This document shows, piece by piece, positions 1-8,805 of a stretch of DNA of 64,000 nucleotides (position 1 is the stretch's first letter; the number at the start of each line of letters is the position of its first letter). The DNA is from Candidatus Omnitrophota bacterium. GTDB lineage: Bacteria; Omnitrophota; Gorgyraeia; Duberdicusellales; 4484-171. The notes beneath the pieces were generated by a model. That model worked only from the letters and a program-made list of their open reading frames with translations, was not told where the DNA came from and searched no databases. The stretch is from contig JBDRDJ010000012.1 of the NCBI GenBank assembly GCA_043820815.1, forward strand, positions 41,952-105,951, given 5' to 3'. The translations under genes were made by a program, and so were the position numbers.

Positions 1-1
1 T

Positions 2-280
2 ATTCCGGTTTACGATGCTAAGATAGACGAGGCTATTAATGAAGAAATAATTGATATTGCAAGGCAGGCAGGAAAGCTTCTGGGATGCCGCGGGTATTTC
101 CGTGTAGATTTACGTGAAAAAGACTCTAAGCTCTACATATTGGATGTTAACCCTAATCCAGACATAAATCGCGACAGCGGGCTCACCCGTCAAGCCTATC
201 TTAAAGATTATTCTTACAGCGATTTCATAGAAAATATTTTAACTCAAGCTCAAAAGACGAAAGCATTAATCCATGGCTGA
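2..280 (+). CDS. ATP-grasp ligase, D-alanine--D-alanine ligase family, C-terminal fragment (5' end outside window)
   Basis: Frame-2 translation IPVYDAKIDEAINEEIIDIARQAGKLLGCRGYFRVDLREKDSKLYILDVNPNPDINRDSGL resembles the C-terminal ATP-grasp half of Ddl-like ligases. Stop TGA 278-280 overlaps ATG 273 of the next gene. Confidence 0.6.
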   Translation: MPVYDAKIDEAINEEIIDIARQAGKLLGCRGYFRVDLREKDSKLYILDVNPNPDINRDSGLTRQAYLKDYSYSDFIENILTQAQKTKALIHG

Positions 281-731
281 TTTTGGAAACAATGTTTATT
301 TTAAGATAGCCCAGAGTACAGGGGTTTTTACCGCAGAGGAACTTGTAGTCCTGAAAGGAATGCTTGCGGAATGTCAAAGTAATCAAGAATTAAATTATAT
401 TCTTATCGACGAGGCGGATAAGGAAATTGTAAAAGGCTTTATAATTTTTGGCAGAACTCCCCTTACGGAATTTTGCTGGGATTTTTATTGGCTCGCGGTA
501 AGCAGCAATTTCCAGGGTAAAGGCACTGGAAAGAAGCTTTTGGAGAAAGCCGAGGATTTTATTCTGCGCAAAAACAAACAGGCGGTTATCCGCGTGGAAA
601 CTTCAGCGAGAAAAGAATATGCTCACGCCCGTAATTTGTACGTTCGCCGGGGTTTTAAAGAAGCGGGAAGAATTCATGGCTTTTATTCCATAAAAGATGA
701 CCTGGTAATTTTTTACAAGGAGTTTGGTTAG
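273..731 (+). CDS. GNAT family N-acetyltransferase
   Basis: 152 aa. Acetyl-CoA motif A QGKGTGKKLLEKAEDF is followed by a YVRRGF-type beta strand. 8-nt overlap with the upstream ATP-grasp gene. Confidence 0.8.
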   Translation: MADFGNNVYFKIAQSTGVFTAEELVVLKGMLAECQSNQELNYILIDEADKEIVKGFIIFGRTPLTEFCWDFYWLAVSSNFQGKGTGKKLLEKAEDFILRKNKQAVIRVETSARKEYAHARNLYVRRGFKEAGRIHGFYSIKDDLVIFYKEFG

Positions 732-805
732 GCAGATTGCGCCGCAGCGCCGGCTTCCCTTACGAGATGGCCGTTTTAGAAACATGGTAGGAATTATTGA
801 TTGAT

Positions 806-1789
806 ATGAGGGTAATCGATTTCGCTTTAGGATGGCCGGTTGAAGGCGATAATGATTTTTTTATAAATGTCCTTAAAGCTGAGTGCAGGGCAAGAAGATT
901 GAGCTTTGCCGTAATTTACGAAAGCGCCCTGGGCAAGCTAACTTCTCTTATAACGAAAGATAAAGTTAAAATATCCTTTTTTCTCGATATGGCTTCCGAA
1001 ACTTTTAACCCAAAAGATTCTTTTACTAAATTCATTTACTGCCTTAAGGATTCAGAGACGAAAGTGGTAGCAGACCCTGATTATGTTAAGTTTTCAGCGG
1101 ATAAATCCATAACTCATTTTAACTTAGCCCGTGCAAAAATTTCCGTTCCTTTCACGGTTATTATCCGAAACTGGGAGCCGACGCGGCGCTTGACAAAAGA
1201 TGAAAAAAAAGGCTTAGGGTTTCCTTTTGTTGTGAAACCTGCCTTAGGCTACGGCCAGAAGGGTGTCAAGATAATTAAGCAAAAGTTTTGCCTTAAGGAA
1301 ATAGCAGAAGCCCGCCAGTTTAACCCCGGAGATAATTTTCTCCTGCAGGAATTTATCGAACCGCCGCTTTTAAACGGAACAATGGGGTGGTTCAGGGTAT
1401 TTTATCTGTTTGGCGAGATTTTCCCATGCTGGTGGAATGCAAAAACAAATGTTTTCCGCCAGGTTACTTTAAGGGAGTACGAAGCTTACAAGTTAGCCCC
1501 GATGGCGCGGATAGCAACAGAAATCGCAAAGATTACGGGAATAGAATGGTTTTCCTGTGAGATTGCCATAAACGAAAAAACAAGAAAGTGCGTGGTTATC
1601 GATTACATGAATGACCAGTGCGCTGTCTATCCCCAGTCTCAGCATAAAGACGGTATCCCCGATGATTTGATTGTGCTTATTTGCCGAAGAATGGTTCAAA
1701 AAGCATGGGAATACATAAAAGGTAATTTTGTTCTTCCTTGCCGTGCGGTATGGTTTCCCAGTGTGAAATTGAAAGATGAGGATTCATAG
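806..1789 (+). CDS. ATP-grasp domain protein (uncharacterised ligase)
   Basis: GFPFVVKPALGYGQKGVKII and LLQEFIEPP are typical ATP-grasp strands. The ORF opens at TTG 797. ATG 806 has GGTAGGA 13 nt upstream, so it is the preferred start. Confidence 0.55.
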   Translation: MRVIDFALGWPVEGDNDFFINVLKAECRARRLSFAVIYESALGKLTSLITKDKVKISFFLDMASETFNPKDSFTKFIYCLKDSETKVVADPDYVKFSADKSITHFNLARAKISVPFTVIIRNWEPTRRLTKDEKKGLGFPFVVKPALGYGQKGVKIIKQKFCLKEIAEARQFNPGDNFLLQEFIEPPLLNGTMGWFRVFYLFGEIFPCWWNAKTNVFRQVTLREYEAYKLAPMARIATEIAKITGIEWFSCEIAINEKTRKCVVIDYMNDQCAVYPQSQHKDGIPDDLIVLICRRMVQKAWEYIKGNFVLPCRAVWFPSVKLKDEDS

Positions 1790-1861
1790 TTTTTCCCCTG
1801 TTTCATTAATGCCTTAAGATTTGAATAATTATCAGGTTTTTGTTATTTTGTTTATTAAATA

Positions 1862-1900
1862 AAGACATCCTGTAACGAGAAAATACGAGAAGGATGTCTT
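1862..1900 (+). repeat. Inverted repeat / hairpin after the ATP-grasp gene (10-bp perfect stem)
   Basis: AAGACATCCT (1862-1871) pairs with AGGATGTCTT (1891-1900). The 19-nt loop contains ACGAGA twice. No U-tract follows. Confidence 0.5.
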
Positions 1901-1923
1901 GATTAGAAATAGCCTTGATGGCT

Positions 1924-1966
1924 TAATCTCTGTAATCTATTAATAATCGTTGTAATCAGGTATAAT
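1924..1966 (+). promoter_or_regulatory. Candidate promoter with four helically phased TAATC motifs upstream of a TATAAT box
   Basis: TAATC starts at 1924, 1933, 1944 and 1953 (TGTAATC at 1931 and 1951, exactly 20 bp apart). TATAAT lies at 1961-1966. GAGGAG SD and ATG 2005 lie downstream. Confidence 0.3.
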
Positions 1967-2004
1967 TCAGATATTACTTGTTGTGATTATACCAGAGGAG
2001 AAAT

Positions 2005-2649
2005 ATGAGTAAATTCGAGTTTATGGGGTGTATAGAAATAAAAGAACTCCTGGGAAAAAGAGCCGACGATGAACAGGAGCTCTTAGAACTTATAGAAGAG
2101 GCTCCTTATGATTCTATCTATTACCACACCCACAGCTATTTCTTGAGGCATTTCTACATCGCCGGTTCTTATCCTAATGATTTCGCCACATGGGCGGTCA
2201 TTCAAGTTAGAGACAGAGTTTTAGGCGAGAAACTGGCTGTGATTACGCCTTCGGGAGATAAGGATATTGAAGATATACGTTATGAATTGGTTGATATAAT
2301 TGACGGCCATTTATCGGAATTAAAAACAGTGCCTTCGGTCGTATCCGGGTACCCGTTTTATTTTATGCAGTCTAAAATCATTGAAATTCCAACAGGTAAA
2401 ACCGCCGAAAATCTCGGTGAATTTGTGGAAATTTTAAAAACAATCGATGCCAGTGCGATTTACAATCATGTATATGAGGCCCGCCTGCGGGATAAAAAAG
2501 GGCGCAGTGATTTTTCTCACTGGATAGACGAAGTATTGGGGATGAACGAATTATCCAGAAAGATTGAGAAGATAGACAGTTATATGTACAGCCTGGAAGG
2601 CCTGCGCAGGCAGTTGGTAAATTTGTGCAGCCGTGAGGAAGGAAGATGA
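2005..2649 (+). CDS. Conserved hypothetical protein translationally coupled to treT-like gene
   Basis: 214-aa ORF with GAGGAG SD 8 nt upstream. Its stop overlaps the next start (ATGA at 2646-2649). I recognise no catalytic motif. Confidence 0.5.
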   Translation: MSKFEFMGCIEIKELLGKRADDEQELLELIEEAPYDSIYYHTHSYFLRHFYIAGSYPNDFATWAVIQVRDRVLGEKLAVITPSGDKDIEDIRYELVDIIDGHLSELKTVPSVVSGYPFYFMQSKIIEIPTGKTAENLGEFVEILKTIDASAIYNHVYEARLRDKKGRSDFSHWIDEVLGMNELSRKIEKIDSYMYSLEGLRRQLVNLCSREEGR

Positions 2650-3860
2650 ATCATTCTAACAGCATAACTCTTGAGTCCTACCGCAATATCGCCCCCGAAG
2701 GAACTGTAGATTTGATTTATAATTTGGCAAAACGCCTGCTGGGAAAATCAATTCTTCATGTAAATTCCACACGGTCCGGAGGCGGTGTTGCTGAGATGCT
2801 GCACAGGCTGATTCCCTTGTTCAACGATCTGGGAATAAATGCCCGCTGGGAAGTTATGGAAGGAACGCAGTTGTTTTATCAAACAACAAAAAGTTTTCAC
2901 AACGCGCTCCAGGGCCAAACACAGAGCATAACAGAAGAGATGCTCAAAGAATATAAGAAAGTAAACCAGAAGAATGCGCGAAAGTTGAACCTTGAATCTG
3001 ACTTAGCGGTTATACACGACCCTCAGCCGGCCGCCTTTATTTACAAGAAACCCAGCAGTGCAAAATGGTTATGGCGCTGCCATATCGATATATCTAAGCC
3101 CCAGCGTAAAGTATGGAGTTTCCTTAAAGATTACGTTTCAAAATATGACGGGGCGATATTTTCCTTGCCGAGTTTTGCTCAAAGGTTATCTATTCCCCAA
3201 TTTCTTTTATACCCTTCAATTGACCCTTTAAGCGATAAAAACAAGGAGTTGTCTAAAGAAGAAATCAATGCGGTTATGGATAAATATAATATTCCCAGGG
3301 ATAAACCGATGATCCTGCAGGTTTCCCGATTTGACCGGTTTAAAGACCCCTTAGGCGTTATCCGGGCATATCAACTGGCCAGGAAATATAATGATTGCTG
3401 TTTAGTTCTTGCCGGCGGAAGCGCTGCTGATGACCCTGAAGGGTTACAGGTATTGCAGGAGGTTAAAGAAGCCAGAGGCAGAGACGAGGATATATTTGTA
3501 CTCGATTTGCCTCCTGACGCTAATTTGGAAATTAACGCATTACAGAGGGCGGCAACGGTAGTTGTTCAGAAATCGATAAAAGAAGGATTCGGCCTTACGG
3601 TTGCTGAAGGTATGTGGAAAGGCAAGCCGGTTATAGGAGGGGCTGTTGGGGGAATAACTATTCAGATTATATACGGCGATACAGGGTTTGCCGTAAATTC
3701 CATAGAAGGCTGTGCTTACAGAATAAGGTATTTACTTAACAATCCCGAAATGTTAGTTAAAATGGGAGAAAGAGCAAAAGAATATACCCGCAGGAATTTT
3801 CTAATTACACGGCATCTTTGCGATTATCTTGCCTTGATGGTTCATATACTTAACGTCTAA
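2646..3860 (+). CDS. treT: Trehalose glycosyltransferring synthase-like GT4 glycosyltransferase (TreT family)
   Basis: 404 aa. The blocks HVNSTRSGGGVAEMLHRLIPL, FHNALQG, HDPQPAA, WLWRCHIDIS, PSIDPLSDKN, QVSRFDRFKDP, DDPEG and EGFGLTVAEGMWKGKPVIGGAVGG are collinear with archaeal and bacterial TreT as I recall it. Confidence 0.75.
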   Translation: MNHSNSITLESYRNIAPEGTVDLIYNLAKRLLGKSILHVNSTRSGGGVAEMLHRLIPLFNDLGINARWEVMEGTQLFYQTTKSFHNALQGQTQSITEEMLKEYKKVNQKNARKLNLESDLAVIHDPQPAAFIYKKPSSAKWLWRCHIDISKPQRKVWSFLKDYVSKYDGAIFSLPSFAQRLSIPQFLLYPSIDPLSDKNKELSKEEINAVMDKYNIPRDKPMILQVSRFDRFKDPLGVIRAYQLARKYNDCCLVLAGGSAADDPEGLQVLQEVKEARGRDEDIFVLDLPPDANLEINALQRAATVVVQKSIKEGFGLTVAEGMWKGKPVIGGAVGGITIQIIYGDTGFAVNSIEGCAYRIRYLLNNPEMLVKMGERAKEYTRRNFLITRHLCDYLALMVHILNV

Positions 3861-3932
3861 GCCCGCCTTTGGTAAATTATAGTAATATTAACAAGTTCAC
3901 AACGGCCTTACATTTTCCATCATATTCTTTTC

Positions 3933-3960
3933 TTGACTTAAATACATAATTATGTAAAAT
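3933..3960 (+). promoter_or_regulatory. Candidate sigma70-type promoter for the glmU operon
   Basis: TTGACT (3933-3938), 16-nt spacer, TAAAAT (3955-3960) preceded by TG. ATG 3970 lies only 9 nt after the -10 box, with no SD. Confidence 0.35.
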
Positions 3961-3969
3961 TATGAAGCA

Positions 3970-5241
3970 ATGTCTAAATTCACCGCAATAGTTCTGGCTG
4001 CAGGAAAAGGCGTTAGAATGGGTTCGCCCTTGCCTAAAGTTCTTCAGGATTTAAACGGCAAGCCCCTAATCCATTACGTTTTAAGAGAGGTCGTTGTTTT
4101 AAAGAAATATATATCCCAGATTATAGTTGTAGTTGGGTATAAAGGTAAAGAAGTCCAGAATTATATAAGCGGCAATTTCAATGGTATAAATTGCGTCTAT
4201 CAAGAAAACTTAAACGGCACTGCCGGAGCTTTAAAGTGCACAGAGCCTAAAGTGCAAAATCAGAATGTGCTCGTTATCTGCGGCGATGCTCCTTTGATAA
4301 CTAAAAAAACATTAGCTTTGTTTTTATCTTCCAGTTTAAAGAGCAAGAGCCCTTGTTCGATAGTCACTGCCTATATTTACGAGAGAAATGACCTTGGCAA
4401 AGTCATAAGAGATACCAGGGGAAATATATGTGCGATTCGTGAGCAATTGGATTTAGGCCGTGGCAATAGTTTAAACGAGATAAATAGCGGCATATACGCA
4501 TTTCAAAAAAAGATTCTTTTTAAAGCTTTAAAAAACGTTCCAAGGAATAAAAGGAAGGGCGAGTTCTATTTAACCGATGTTATTGAAATTCTTTATAAAT
4601 CTAAGAATTTTATTAAAAGTTTTATTTTGAAAGAAAGCGATGAAATTCTTGGAATCAACATTCCTTTAGATCTTATACGCGCACGTAAGATAATGCGTAT
4701 GAGGGTGTTAGAAGCGTTAGCTGTAAAAGGGGTAAACATTATAGATTGTGACTCTACCTTTATAGATGAGGGCGTAAAGGTCGGGCAAGGCACAACAATT
4801 TTCCCCTTTACCTTTATTGAAAAGAATGCTATAATTGGCAGCAATTGTTTTTTAGGTCCCTTTATCCACATTCGGGGAAAAACCCGCATTAAGGACAACA
4901 CCCGTATAGGTAATTTTACAGAAATAAACCGTTCCATGGTATCTTGCGGCGTCACCATGAAGCATTTTGGATATCTTGGAGATGTTACGGTGGGTGAGGG
5001 AGTTAATATAGGTGCCGGATGTGTGGTTGCCAATTATGACGGCAAGAGGAAGAATAAGAGTTCGATCGAAGAAGGGGCTTTTATCGGTTCCGATACTGTA
5101 ATTGTTGCTCCTGTTAAAATTGGAAAAGGCGCCCTAACGGGAGCCGGAAGTATTGTTACTAAAAACGTTAAGCCAAACACTATTGTAGCAGGAGTCCCTG
5201 CCCGCCCATTGAAAAAAAGAATAATAACAAATATTGTTTAA
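3970..5241 (+). CDS. glmU: Bifunctional UDP-N-acetylglucosamine pyrophosphorylase / glucosamine-1-phosphate N-acetyltransferase-like
   Basis: N-terminal LAAGKGVRMGSPLPKVL nucleotidyltransferase motif. C-terminal left-handed beta-helix hexapeptide repeats. Conserved glmU-prs-ctc-pth gene order. Confidence 0.85.
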   Translation: MSKFTAIVLAAGKGVRMGSPLPKVLQDLNGKPLIHYVLREVVVLKKYISQIIVVVGYKGKEVQNYISGNFNGINCVYQENLNGTAGALKCTEPKVQNQNVLVICGDAPLITKKTLALFLSSSLKSKSPCSIVTAYIYERNDLGKVIRDTRGNICAIREQLDLGRGNSLNEINSGIYAFQKKILFKALKNVPRNKRKGEFYLTDVIEILYKSKNFIKSFILKESDEILGINIPLDLIRARKIMRMRVLEALAVKGVNIIDCDSTFIDEGVKVGQGTTIFPFTFIEKNAIIGSNCFLGPFIHIRGKTRIKDNTRIGNFTEINRSMVSCGVTMKHFGYLGDVTVGEGVNIGAGCVVANYDGKRKNKSSIEEGAFIGSDTVIVAPVKIGKGALTGAGSIVTKNVKPNTIVAGVPARPLKKRIITNIV

Positions 5242-5288
5242 AGGTTATTTTTTAGAATTTGTTGAATGTAAGATGAGTAGGAGTCATC

Positions 5289-6236
5289 ATGGATAAGCTA
5301 GCGGTTTTCAGCGGAAACGCAAACAAGAAACTGGCACGCAGGATAATAAAACAGCTGAATATAAAAGAAACCATGGCACGCATTTCCCGTTTTAGTGACG
5401 GTGAAATAAAAGTGGAGATAGGTGAGAATGTCCGCGGTAAAGATGTTTTTGTAATTCAATCTATTTGTCCTCCGGTAAATGAAAATTTGATGGAGTTTTT
5501 AGTTATTATAGATGCCTTAAAAAGAGCTTCAGCTCAGAGGATAACAGCGGTAATACCTTATTTTGCCTATGCCCGCCAGGACAGAAAAGATCAACCAAGA
5601 GTTCCTATTACAGCAAAGCTCGTTGCAAACCTTTTAACTGTTGCCGGTGCAAACAGGGTGTTAACGCTTGATTTACATGCAGGCCAGGTTCAGGGGTTTT
5701 TCGATATTCCCCTTGATCATCTATATGCCATTAATGTTTTCCAGGAATATTTCGGCCGGTCCAAGATGAATAATCTTGTGATTGTATCGCCTGATGTGGG
5801 AGGGATAAAAATGGCCCGTGCGTATGCTAAGCGCTTCAGGGCCGGCTTAGCGATTGTTGATAAAAGAAGAAACAACCCTGAATCTACCGAGGTCATGCAT
5901 ATTTTAGGAGAAGTCAAGGGTAAGAATGTAATAATCGTCGATGATATCATTGCAACGGGCAGTTCTTTGATCGAGGCGGCAAGAGCTTTGAAGAAATCAG
6001 GAGCCAGGAAGATTTGTGCTGCCATAACCCACGGCATATTAACAAATAATGCGGTTGATAGAATTTCCAATTCCGACATCGATTTTCTGATAATTTCAGA
6101 CTCCATACCTTTAAGTTCCAAAAGACACAGTAAAAAGATTAAGGTTGTATCGGTAGATAAATTATTCGCTGAGGCGATAAAAAGAATTCACTTTGAGCAG
6201 TCAATAAGCGTTCTTTTTGATTCAGTGCACAGGTAA
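5289..6236 (+). CDS. prs: Ribose-phosphate pyrophosphokinase
   Basis: 315 aa. YFAYARQDRK and VIIVDDIIATGSSL PRPP-binding loop. Confidence 0.95.
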   Translation: MDKLAVFSGNANKKLARRIIKQLNIKETMARISRFSDGEIKVEIGENVRGKDVFVIQSICPPVNENLMEFLVIIDALKRASAQRITAVIPYFAYARQDRKDQPRVPITAKLVANLLTVAGANRVLTLDLHAGQVQGFFDIPLDHLYAINVFQEYFGRSKMNNLVIVSPDVGGIKMARAYAKRFRAGLAIVDKRRNNPESTEVMHILGEVKGKNVIIVDDIIATGSSLIEAARALKKSGARKICAAITHGILTNNAVDRISNSDIDFLIISDSIPLSSKRHSKKIKVVSVDKLFAEAIKRIHFEQSISVLFDSVHR

Positions 6237-6314
6237 AAATAATTCTAAATTCAATGCTTGTCAAATTATGATAAGCGTTGGTCTAGAAATGTAATCGAAT
6301 GAGAGGTAAAGATA

Positions 6315-6986
6315 ATGGAAAGAATTGGAATCAGCGTTAAAGTAAGAGAAAAGACGGGTAAGGGTATTGCCAGGAGGATCAGGGTTTCCCGGAGCATTCC
6401 GGCTATAATTTATGGCGATGGCCTCAATTTGCCGATTGAATTATCCGCCCAGGCCATTAAGGCTTTGCAGTCTATTCATTTTTCTGAGAGCACAATCGTA
6501 GATGTTGCCGTAGTTGATGCCTCCGGAGATGAAAAGGACAAGTTTGCTGTTGTGATTAAAGATATCCAGCATGACCCTTTAAGTGATCAGGTTATACACC
6601 TTGATTTTATGAAAGTTTCGCTCGATGAAGTTATACGGGTGAATGTTCCTCTTATTTTAAAAGGAGAGCCTAAGGGTGTTAAAGAAGGAGCTGTTTGCGA
6701 GCAGATTATGAGGGATGTTGAAGTAGAAGGGCTTCCTTTGGATATTCCTGAAAAAATCGAGGTTGATATTACGCATCTTGAGCAAGGGCATTCTTTGCAT
6801 ATGCGCGACATTAAAGTGCCGGATAAGATTAAAGTGATAACACAGCCTGAGAAAACTATCGCAACCCTTTTAATTAAGAAAGAAGAGGAAGAGGCCGCTC
6901 CCGAAGAAGAAATGCAAGCGGCGGAACCGGAAGTTATTAAAGAGAAGAAAGAAGAAGAGCCAAAAGCAAAAGAAAAGCAGGGCTGA
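6315..6986 (+). CDS. rplY: 50S ribosomal protein L25 / general stress protein Ctc
   Basis: 223 aa. GKGIARRIRVSRSIPAIIYG N-terminus and acidic/Lys-rich C-terminal tail typical of the long Ctc form. Confidence 0.9.
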   Translation: MERIGISVKVREKTGKGIARRIRVSRSIPAIIYGDGLNLPIELSAQAIKALQSIHFSESTIVDVAVVDASGDEKDKFAVVIKDIQHDPLSDQVIHLDFMKVSLDEVIRVNVPLILKGEPKGVKEGAVCEQIMRDVEVEGLPLDIPEKIEVDITHLEQGHSLHMRDIKVPDKIKVITQPEKTIATLLIKKEEEEAAPEEEMQAAEPEVIKEKKEEEPKAKEKQG

Positions 6987-7025
6987 TCTCTGTAAAAGAT
7001 CCATTCGCCTAAATTAGCGTACACA

Positions 7026-7589
7026 ATGAAACTAATTTTTGGCTTAGGCAATCCAGGTCGTTCTTATGCTAAAAACCGCCATAATATCGGCTATAGAGTT
7101 TTAGATAAGCTGTCTGAAAGGTTAGGGTTTAGGTTTAAAAGAAATCTCTTATGCCGTGCCCGGATGGCCCGGGTAAAAATTGCCGATCAGGATGTTTTGT
7201 TTGTTAAGCCGGCAACATACATGAATAAATCCGGAATATGCGCCCGCAGAGTTATAAAATCTTTCTCTGTCCCCCTAAAAGATTCCTTGTTTGTGTATGA
7301 TGATATTGATCTGCCTAAAGGGGCATTGCGCTTTAGAGAGAGCGGTTCCAGCGCAGGGCACAGAGGCATTGCTTCGGTTATAAATGCATTCCAAACTGAA
7401 CAGTTAAACAGGCTGCGATTGGGAATAGGTAGAAACGGTTCCCAGGACGCAGCGGACTATGTTTTATCTGATTTTATAAAAGAGGAAGAAGAAAACATCT
7501 CAGAAGTTATCGATAAGGCTTTAGCAGCATGTTTAGATTGGATAAAGTTTGGAAATGTCTATGTGATAAAAAATTGTAATAAACGTTAA
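7026..7589 (+). CDS. pth: Peptidyl-tRNA hydrolase
   Basis: MKLIFGLGNPGRSYAKNRHNIGY N-terminus and HRGIASV motif. Confidence 0.95.
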   Translation: MKLIFGLGNPGRSYAKNRHNIGYRVLDKLSERLGFRFKRNLLCRARMARVKIADQDVLFVKPATYMNKSGICARRVIKSFSVPLKDSLFVYDDIDLPKGALRFRESGSSAGHRGIASVINAFQTEQLNRLRLGIGRNGSQDAADYVLSDFIKEEEENISEVIDKALAACLDWIKFGNVYVIKNCNKR

Positions 7590-7604
7590 AAAGGAGATTA
7601 AACA

Positions 7605-7955
7605 ATGCGGCGGATGTATGAAAGTATGTTGATTATAAGGGTTGATTTAGAGCCGGCGGTTAAAGATGAAATCTGCAATAAGATTACCGGCAAAATTGAA
7701 GCTCTTGAGGGTAAGATCTTTAATTCCAAGGCTTGGGCTAAGGAGAGAAGTCTTTGTTTCCCCATAAGGAGCAAAGACGCTCAAAAGACAAAGTGTTTTA
7801 AAGGGCATTACCAGTTAATAACATTTGCCTTAGACACCGAGAAACTGCCCGATTTAAAAGAAGTAATACGCTTAGAAGAGCGTATTATAAGAAGTATAAT
7901 ATTCAGAAAAGAAGGGGCTGCTGAGGTTCTTGATACACCAGTTGAAATTGCATAA
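7605..7955 (+). CDS. rpsF: 30S ribosomal protein S6
   Basis: 116 aa. YESMLIIRVDL start. AGGAGA SD. First gene of the rpsF-ssb-rpsR-rplI block. Confidence 0.9.
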   Translation: MRRMYESMLIIRVDLEPAVKDEICNKITGKIEALEGKIFNSKAWAKERSLCFPIRSKDAQKTKCFKGHYQLITFALDTEKLPDLKEVIRLEERIIRSIIFRKEGAAEVLDTPVEIA

Positions 7956-7991
7956 AGAACAATAAAGATTTTTATCCAAGAATCAAAAGGG

Positions 7992-8015
7992 AACTTGTTA
8001 ACTTCACAAGTTTTT
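7992..8015 (+). terminator. Weak hairpin plus T-run between rpsF and ssb (possible attenuator)
   Basis: AACTTGT (7992-7998) pairs with ACAAGTT (8006-8012). 7-nt loop, followed by a T-run to 8015. Confidence 0.3.
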
Positions 8016-8057
8016 CGGCAATATATTTAAATTGATGCTCAAAGGAGGTTTTAGGGA

Positions 8058-8486
8058 ATGGTAAGCATGAATAAAGTATTTCTTGTAGGAAACTTAACTA
8101 AGGACCCTGAATTAAGGTATATCCCCCAGGGAACTGCGGTTGCAACGGTCAGGATCGCTGTAAACACCCCTTTTAAAGATAAGAACGACCAACAGCAGAA
8201 AGATACTTGTTTCATAAATGTAATTGCTTGGGGGAAGATGGCTGAGGTTTGCAACCAATATTTACAGAAAGGGGGTCAGGTTTTGGTGGAAGGCCGGCTC
8301 CAGTCACGTTCATGGCAGAATAACGAAGGCAAAACCCGCAGCACAATAGAAGTTAGAGCGGCAAGGATTCAATTTATGCCTCGAGCGGTAAAAGAGCCAG
8401 CAGAGGAGTTTGATTTAGGCGAGCGTCCCGAGGAAGTGCTGACTCTTGAAACAGACAGCGCACAAGATCGAGGAGAGGCGGTTTAA
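8058..8486 (+). CDS. ssb: Single-stranded DNA-binding protein
   Basis: OB-fold NKVFLVGNLTKDPELRYIPQGTAVATVRIAVN. AGGAGG SD at 8043-8048. Alternative start ATG 8067. The C-terminus lacks the canonical DDDIPF-type tip. Confidence 0.9.
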   Translation: MVSMNKVFLVGNLTKDPELRYIPQGTAVATVRIAVNTPFKDKNDQQQKDTCFINVIAWGKMAEVCNQYLQKGGQVLVEGRLQSRSWQNNEGKTRSTIEVRAARIQFMPRAVKEPAEEFDLGERPEEVLTLETDSAQDRGEAV

Positions 8487-8487
8487 G

Positions 8488-8727
8488 ATGATTGATAAAA
8501 AATTAGGAACAAATAAATTCAAAAAAAGCTGTGTATTCTGCAAGAAGGATTTAGCGACTGATTATAAAGATGTAGATCTTCTTTCGCGCTATCTTTCCGC
8601 TAAGGGGAAGGTTCTTTCTAGAAGAATAAGCGGAAATTGCGCAAAACATCAGAGAAAGTTGATGAGAGAAATTAAACGAGCCCGTTTTTTAAGCATGTTG
8701 CCTTACATAGGGCCCAGATCGCATTAA
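8488..8727 (+). CDS. rpsR: 30S ribosomal protein S18
   Basis: CVFCKK..DYKDVDLLSRYLS..GKVLSRRISGNCAKHQRKL is the S18 signature. The ORF opens at 8446, but ATG 8488 abuts the ssb stop and has GAGGAG upstream. Confidence 0.9.
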   Translation: MIDKKLGTNKFKKSCVFCKKDLATDYKDVDLLSRYLSAKGKVLSRRISGNCAKHQRKLMREIKRARFLSMLPYIGPRSH

Positions 8728-8805
8728 CTTTTCAGCAAGCTTTAAAGCATAGAGTCTCGGACATACCTGGGGGTTATGCTTTTTCTTGTAATACGAGGTG
8801 CAGTT

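Noticed and set aside
1959-1992. Hairpin GGTATAAT / ATTATACC just upstream of the SD of the 2005 gene as a possible riboswitch-like sequestering stem
   Set aside because: The 5' arm coincides with the likely -10 box and would not be transcribed from that promoter. I recognise no conserved riboswitch core.
8728-8805. AAAGCATA / TATGCTTT hairpin with T-run between rpsR and rplI as a terminator
   Set aside because: The stem is only 8 AT-rich bp with a 23-nt loop, inside a ribosomal-protein operon that is normally co-transcribed. The support is too weak.
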